64,000 nucleotides of DNA from Mobula hypostoma (lineage: Eukaryota), in contig NC_086108.1 of assembly GCF_963921235.1 (NCBI RefSeq), positions 115,322,001 to 115,386,000 on the forward strand, read 5' to 3'. The translations under genes were made by a program, and so were the position numbers. This document shows positions 58,787-64,000 of the stretch, one piece after another. Each line of letters begins with the position of its first letter. Position 1 is the first letter of the stretch. The notes below the pieces were generated by a model, which was not told where the DNA came from, did not search any database, and worked only from the letters and a program-made list of their open reading frames with translations.

Positions 58787-61116
58787 GGAAACGAGTTAGG
58801 ACAAGTTACAGAAGTCTGTGTAGGGGAGCACTTTGGTTCCAGTGATCATAACACCATTAGTTTCAACTTGATCATGGACAAGGATAGATCTGGTCCTAGG
58901 GTTGAGGTTCTTAACTGGAAGAAGGCCAAATTTGAAGAAATGAGAAAGGATCTAAAAAGCGTGGATTGGGACAGGTTGTTCTCTGGCAAGGATGTGATCG
59001 GTAGGTGGGAAGCCTTCAAAGCAGAAATTTTGAGAGTGCAGAGTTTGTATGTTCCTGTCAGGATTAAAGGCAAGGTGAATAGGAATAAGGAACCTTGGTT
59101 CTCAAGGGATATTGCAACTCTGATAAAGAAGAAGAGGGAGTTGTATGATGTGTATAGGAAGCAGGGAGTAAATAAGGCGCTTGAGGAGTATAAGAAGTGC
59201 AAGAAAATACTTAAGAAAGAAATCAGGAGGGCTAAAAGAAGACATGAGGTTGCCTTGGCAGTCAAAGTGAAGGATAATCCAAAGAGCTTTTACAGGTATA
59301 TTAAGAGCAAAAGGATTGTAAGGGATAAAATTGGTCCTCTTGAAGATCAGAGTGGTCGGCTATGTGCGGAACCAAAGGAAATGGGGGAGATCTTAAATAG
59401 GTTTTTTGCGTCTGTATTTACTAAGGAAACTGGCATGAAGTCTATGGAATTAAGGGAAACAAGTAGTGAGATCATGGAAACTGTACAGATTGAAAAGGAG
59501 GAGGTCCTTGCTGTCTTGAGGAAAATTTAAGTGGATAAATCCCCGGGACCTGACAGGGTGTTCCCTCGGACCTTGAAGGAGACTAGTGTTGAAATTGCGG
59601 GGGCCCTGGCTGAAATATTTAAAATGTCGCTGTCTACAGGTGAGGTGCCGGAGGATTGGAGAGTGGCTCATGTTGTTCCGTTGTTTAGAAAAGGATCGAA
59701 AATTAATCCGGGAAATTACAGGCCAGTAAGTTTAACATCGGTAGTAGGTAAGTTATTGGAGGGAGTACTAAGAGACAGAATCTACAAGCATTTGGATAGA
59801 CAAGGGCTTATTAGGGAGAGTCAACATGGCTTTGTGCATGGTAGGTCATGTTTGACCAATCTATTGGAGTTTTTTGAGGAGGTTACCAGGAAAGTGGATG
59901 AAGGGAAGGCAGTGGATATTGTCTACATAGACTTCAGTAAGGCCTTTGACAAGGTCCCACATGGGAGGTTATTTAGGAAAATTCTGTCGCTAGGTATACC
60001 TGGAGAGGTGGTAAATTGGATTAGACATTGGCTTGATGGAAGAAGCCAGAGAGTGGTGGTAGAGAATTGCTTCTCTGAGTGGAGGCCTGTGACTAGTGGT
60101 GTGCCACAGGGATCAGTGCTGGGTCCATTGTTATTTGTCATCTATATCAATGATCTAGATGATAATGTGGTAAATTGGATCAGCAAGTTTGCTGATGATA
60201 CAAAAAAGGTTGGAGGTGTAGTAGACAGTGAGGAAGGTTTTCAGAGCCTGCAGAGGGACTTGGACCAGCTGGAAAAGTGGGCTAAAAAATGGCAGATGGA
60301 GTTTAATACTGACAAGTGTGAGGTATTGCACGTTGGAAGGACAAACCAAGGTAGAACATACAGGGTTAATGGTAAGGCACTGAGGAGTGCAGTGGGACAG
60401 AGGGATCTGGGAATACAGATACAGAATTCCCTAAAAGTGGCGTCACAAGTAGATAGGGTCGTAAAGAGAGCTTTTGGTACATTGGCCTTTATTAATCAAA
60501 GTATTGAGTATAAGAGCTGGAATGTTATGATGAGGTTGTATAAGGCATTGGTGAGGCCGAATCTGGAGTATTGTGTTCAGTTTTGGTCACCAAATTACAG
60601 GAAGGATATAAATAAGGTTGAAAGAGTGCAGAGAAGGTTTACAAGGATGTTGCCGGGACTTGAGAAACTCAGTTACAGAGAAAGGTTGAATAGGTTAGGA
60701 CTTTATTCCCTGGAGTGTAGAAGAATGAGGGGAGATTTGATAGAGGTATATAAAATTATGATGGGTATAGATAGAGTGAATGCAAGCAGGCTTTTTCCAC
60801 TGAGGCAAGGGGAGAAAAAAACCAGAGGACATGGGTTTAGGGTGAGGGGGGGAAAGGTTTAAAGGGAACATTAGGGGAGGCTTCTTCACACAGAGAGTGG
60901 TGGGAGTATGGAATGAGCTGCCAGACGAGGTGGTAAATGTGGGTTCTTTTTTAACATTTAAGAATAAATTGGACAGATACATGGATGGGAGGTGTACGGA
61001 GGGATATGGTCCGTGTGCAGGTGAGTGGGACTAGGCAGAAAATGGTTCGGCACAGCCAAGAAGGGCCAAAAGGCCTGTTTCTGTGCTGTAGTTTCCATGG
61101 TTTCTATGGTTTCTAT
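58787..61116 (+). mobile_element. Young 5'-truncated CR1 LINE, ORF2 nearly intact
   Basis: Reads from GEHFGSSDHN through RT (DFSKAFD, PQGSVLGP, FADD) with one in-frame TAA (59528-59530) and a G-run frameshift near 60850. Tail (tttctatgg)n; GGTTAG on both flanks (58781-58786, 61117-61122). Confidence 0.95.
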
Positions 61117-61388
61117 GGTTAGAGAAGGAAGGAAAAAGAGGAGTCGGAAGGAAGGTAAATTTAGTGAGTGAGAGAGAGAGAGGGATGGACAAGTGATGGA
61201 TAGTGGGCGAGGGGAGACCGAGAGGGAGATAGATGGTGGGAGGGAGGGATAAAGAGAGTTGCAGGAGGACTTGTCTTTAGGGAGTGATTAGCGACAGAGA
61301 CAGAGAGACAGTGTGAGTGTGCAAGCAGAGGCAGAGAGTGAGAAATTGAGAGAGAGAGAGAGAAGGAGAGAGAAAGAGAAGGGGGAAG

Positions 61389-61452
<64 letters not shown>
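61389..61452. repeat. (TA)n(TG)n compound microsatellite
   Basis: Directly visible. Confidence 0.97.
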
Positions 61453-61455
<3 letters not shown>

Positions 61456-62264
61456 GCTATTCCCGGTGTCTGACCACATTTTATTTCCTATGTTTAAGAA
61501 GGACAACAGGGATCAGACTGGTAAGTACAGACTGTTGAATCTCATGCCAGTAGTTGGCAATTTCTTGGATTTTGGAAAGGTATCGGACTGATTGGGGGTA
61601 GTCAGCATGGCTTAGCGGAAATCCTCCCACACTAATCTGATGGAGACTTTGTCTAGAACTGACAAGGAGATTGCTGAGGGTGATGGATATTGTCTTCTTG
61701 GACTTTATCAAGGCATTTGACAAGTGTCGTAGCTGGGTCGGGAAGGTGAGATCTCATGGATGAGCTGGCCAACTAGGTAGCAGTGCATCACTGGAGTCGA
61801 GTATGATATCTGAAAGAGGTTGTCTATTGGTGGGACTTCAGCAGCTGTAAAGTCCGATCTGGGATCGAGAGACCTGCGTTGTTAGGGTCGGTTCCTTTAA
61901 CGGAGAATGCTTGAGCGTGACCCTGTTTAACATGATGCGTGGGCAGCCAACGCAGAGGCAGTAAGGATCTAGTGCTGTATGTTCCAAAGGGACTGGGGAC
62001 CCCAGGGTGCAGCTTTCCTCTGCTTTCACTGTTGTTGTGATGTGTCATCGCCAGCTCTACTGTTGAGATCTTGCCTTGGATCTCTCTTTGTCTGGAATCT
62101 CCTCTTTGACATCACCACCATGGGTGACCCTACTAGGAGCCAAACTCCAGAAGACATCACTCTCGGGATCTCAGGAACTTACCAGCATGACAAGAACAAT
62201 CCTCAGAGAACGCCAACTATGCACACTTTATCCACTACAGCTCAGCATCAAATACCACCATCCC

Positions 62265-63270
62265 CTCAAAACTAATCAATAAGCTCCTTGACCTTCGGCT
62301 CAATACTTGCTTGTGCATTTGGATCCTCGATTTCCTCACTTGCAGACCCCAGTTATTTCAGATTGGCAACAGCATCTCCTTCACAATCTCCATCAGCCCA
62401 GGTGCACAACAGGGCTGTGTCCTTAGCCCCCTGCTCTACTCATTTTACACTTACGCCTGTGTGGCTAAGCACAGATCCAACGCCATATTTAAGTTTGCTG
62501 ACAATACCACTGTCATTGGCCGAATCAATGATGGAGATGAATTAGCACATAGGAGAGAGACTGAAAATCTGACTGAGTGGTGCCACAACAACAGCGTCTC
62601 ACTCAATGTCAGCAAGACCAAGGAACAGATTATTGAGTTCAGGAGGAGGAAACTACAGTCCACGAGCCAGTCCTTATCGGGAGATCGGAGGTGGAGAGGG
62701 TCAGCAACTTTAAATTCCTCAGTGTTACCATTTCAGAGGATCTGTCCTGGGCCCAGCACACAAGTGCAATTGTGAAGAAAGTACTTCCTTAGAAGTTTGC
62801 GAAGATTTGGCGAACCACCTACAATTTCGACAAGCATCTGTATATGTGTAGTGGAGGGTATATTGACTGGCTACATCACAGCCTGGTACAGAAACACCAA
62901 AGCCCTTGAACGGAAAATCCTACAAAAAGTAGTGGATACAGCCCAGTCCATCACGGGTCAAGCTCTCCCCACTATTGAGAACGTCTAGCTGCAGTGATGT
63001 CGCGAAAAGCAGCATCCATCTTCTTGGATCCCCACCATCCAGGTCATGTTGTCTTTTCACTGCTGCCAACAAGAAGGTGGTACAGGAACCGCGGGACACA
63101 CACCGCCAGGTTCTCTCAACCATCAGACTCCTGAACCAGAGAGGATAATTTCACTCAACTTCACTCGCCCCACCACTGAACTGTTCCAACAACCTGTGGA
63201 CTCACTTTCAAGGTTCTTCATCTCCTGTCTTCAATATTTATTGCTTATTTATTATTTTTAGTATTTTTAT
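62265..63270 (+). mobile_element. Rex1/Babar LINE (host), interrupted at its 3' UTR (TTA) tract
   Basis: [11 protein letters not shown]...[14 protein letters not shown]...KFADNTT...[17 protein letters not shown]. Confidence 0.88.
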
Positions 63271-63277
63271 TTTTATC

Positions 63278-64000
63278 ACCTCAAGCTGGTAAAACCTGAG
63301 GTACAGGTATAGCCAAACATTTCTCAATTGCTAGAAACTTTTGAACTATTCCAATGGTGCTTAGTATTGTGGCTTTTCTGAAGATTTTCATAAATATGAC
63401 AGTATAGGTGTATTGTGCAGAGACTTTGGGATGATACCAGTTGTAGATATTATTATTGGGACAACGTGTATCCTGTTCGTGTTCCAAAGTCTTTCAATTT
63501 CCACTTATAATTCAGCATATTTCTGGTGATTTTCACTTACTGATTTCTGTAAATTATGTGTGTTTGGAATGGCTATATCTATTAAATATGTTGTTTTTGC
63601 TGGTTTATCCTGTAATATTATATCTGGACGGTTATTATGGATTGTCCTAATTTAATAATAGGTTTTACAGGATATAATTTAATATAATTTACAGGACTCT
63701 GACTGTAAAACTGGACCAGGCTTGTATTTATAGTAAGATATGGTTCTTTTATGAGTTTGTATTTTAAAGCAAGATTTTACTGAATGATCTTTACCACTTG
63801 ATTGTGCCTGTGTAAGTAATCAGATTGAGTTAAACTGCTACAGGATCCTGTAATGCATTGGATTGTTTCTGGTTTCTCTTGCCATTTTCTGAATTTATTG
63901 TCTTGTATTTGTTGGTCTTTTATTTTGTATTTTTGTTTTTTTGTGTGTTAACCTCCTGGTCCTGTATTGCCACAAAGAATCTTTCTGTTTCTGGGATGAG
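63278..64000 (-). mobile_element. Second R4/Dong-type LINE (RLE region), runs off the window edge
   Basis: Collinear with 44690-45395: ETERFFVAIQDQ, CRKWQEKPETIQCITGSCSSLTQSDYLHRHNQV, RKATILSTIGIVQKFL; shared 3' UTR aagctggtaaaacctgagg. Confidence 0.88.

Overview
This window is eukaryotic, repeat-saturated vertebrate genomic DNA. The repeat repertoire points to a cartilaginous fish, probably a ray or skate (inference): CR1/HER1-type LINEs, HE1-like V-SINEs, Rex1/Babar LINEs and Penelope-derived repeats. I found no confidently recognisable host protein-coding gene; nearly all listed ORFs are transposon remnants or products of tandem repeats. Main contents: many nested CR1 and Rex1 fragments, including a full-length ~4.2 kb CR1 with TSD and a young 5'-truncated CR1; a Penelope-like element and several hammerhead-ribozyme-like relics; two R4/Dong-type LINEs inserted at the same (TTA)n tract of Rex1 3' UTRs; an internally deleted Chapaev3-type DNA transposon; a Harbinger-type MITE; Tc1 remnants; two or three solo LTRs; a decayed 28S rRNA fragment; several large minisatellites, two of which appear to have grown out of SINE core domains; and a few unique islands with low-confidence candidate exons or regulatory sequence. 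Boundaries of decayed repeats are approximate (tens of bp) unless a TSD or TIR is quoted. Family assignments rest on motif recognition by eye, not database searches.
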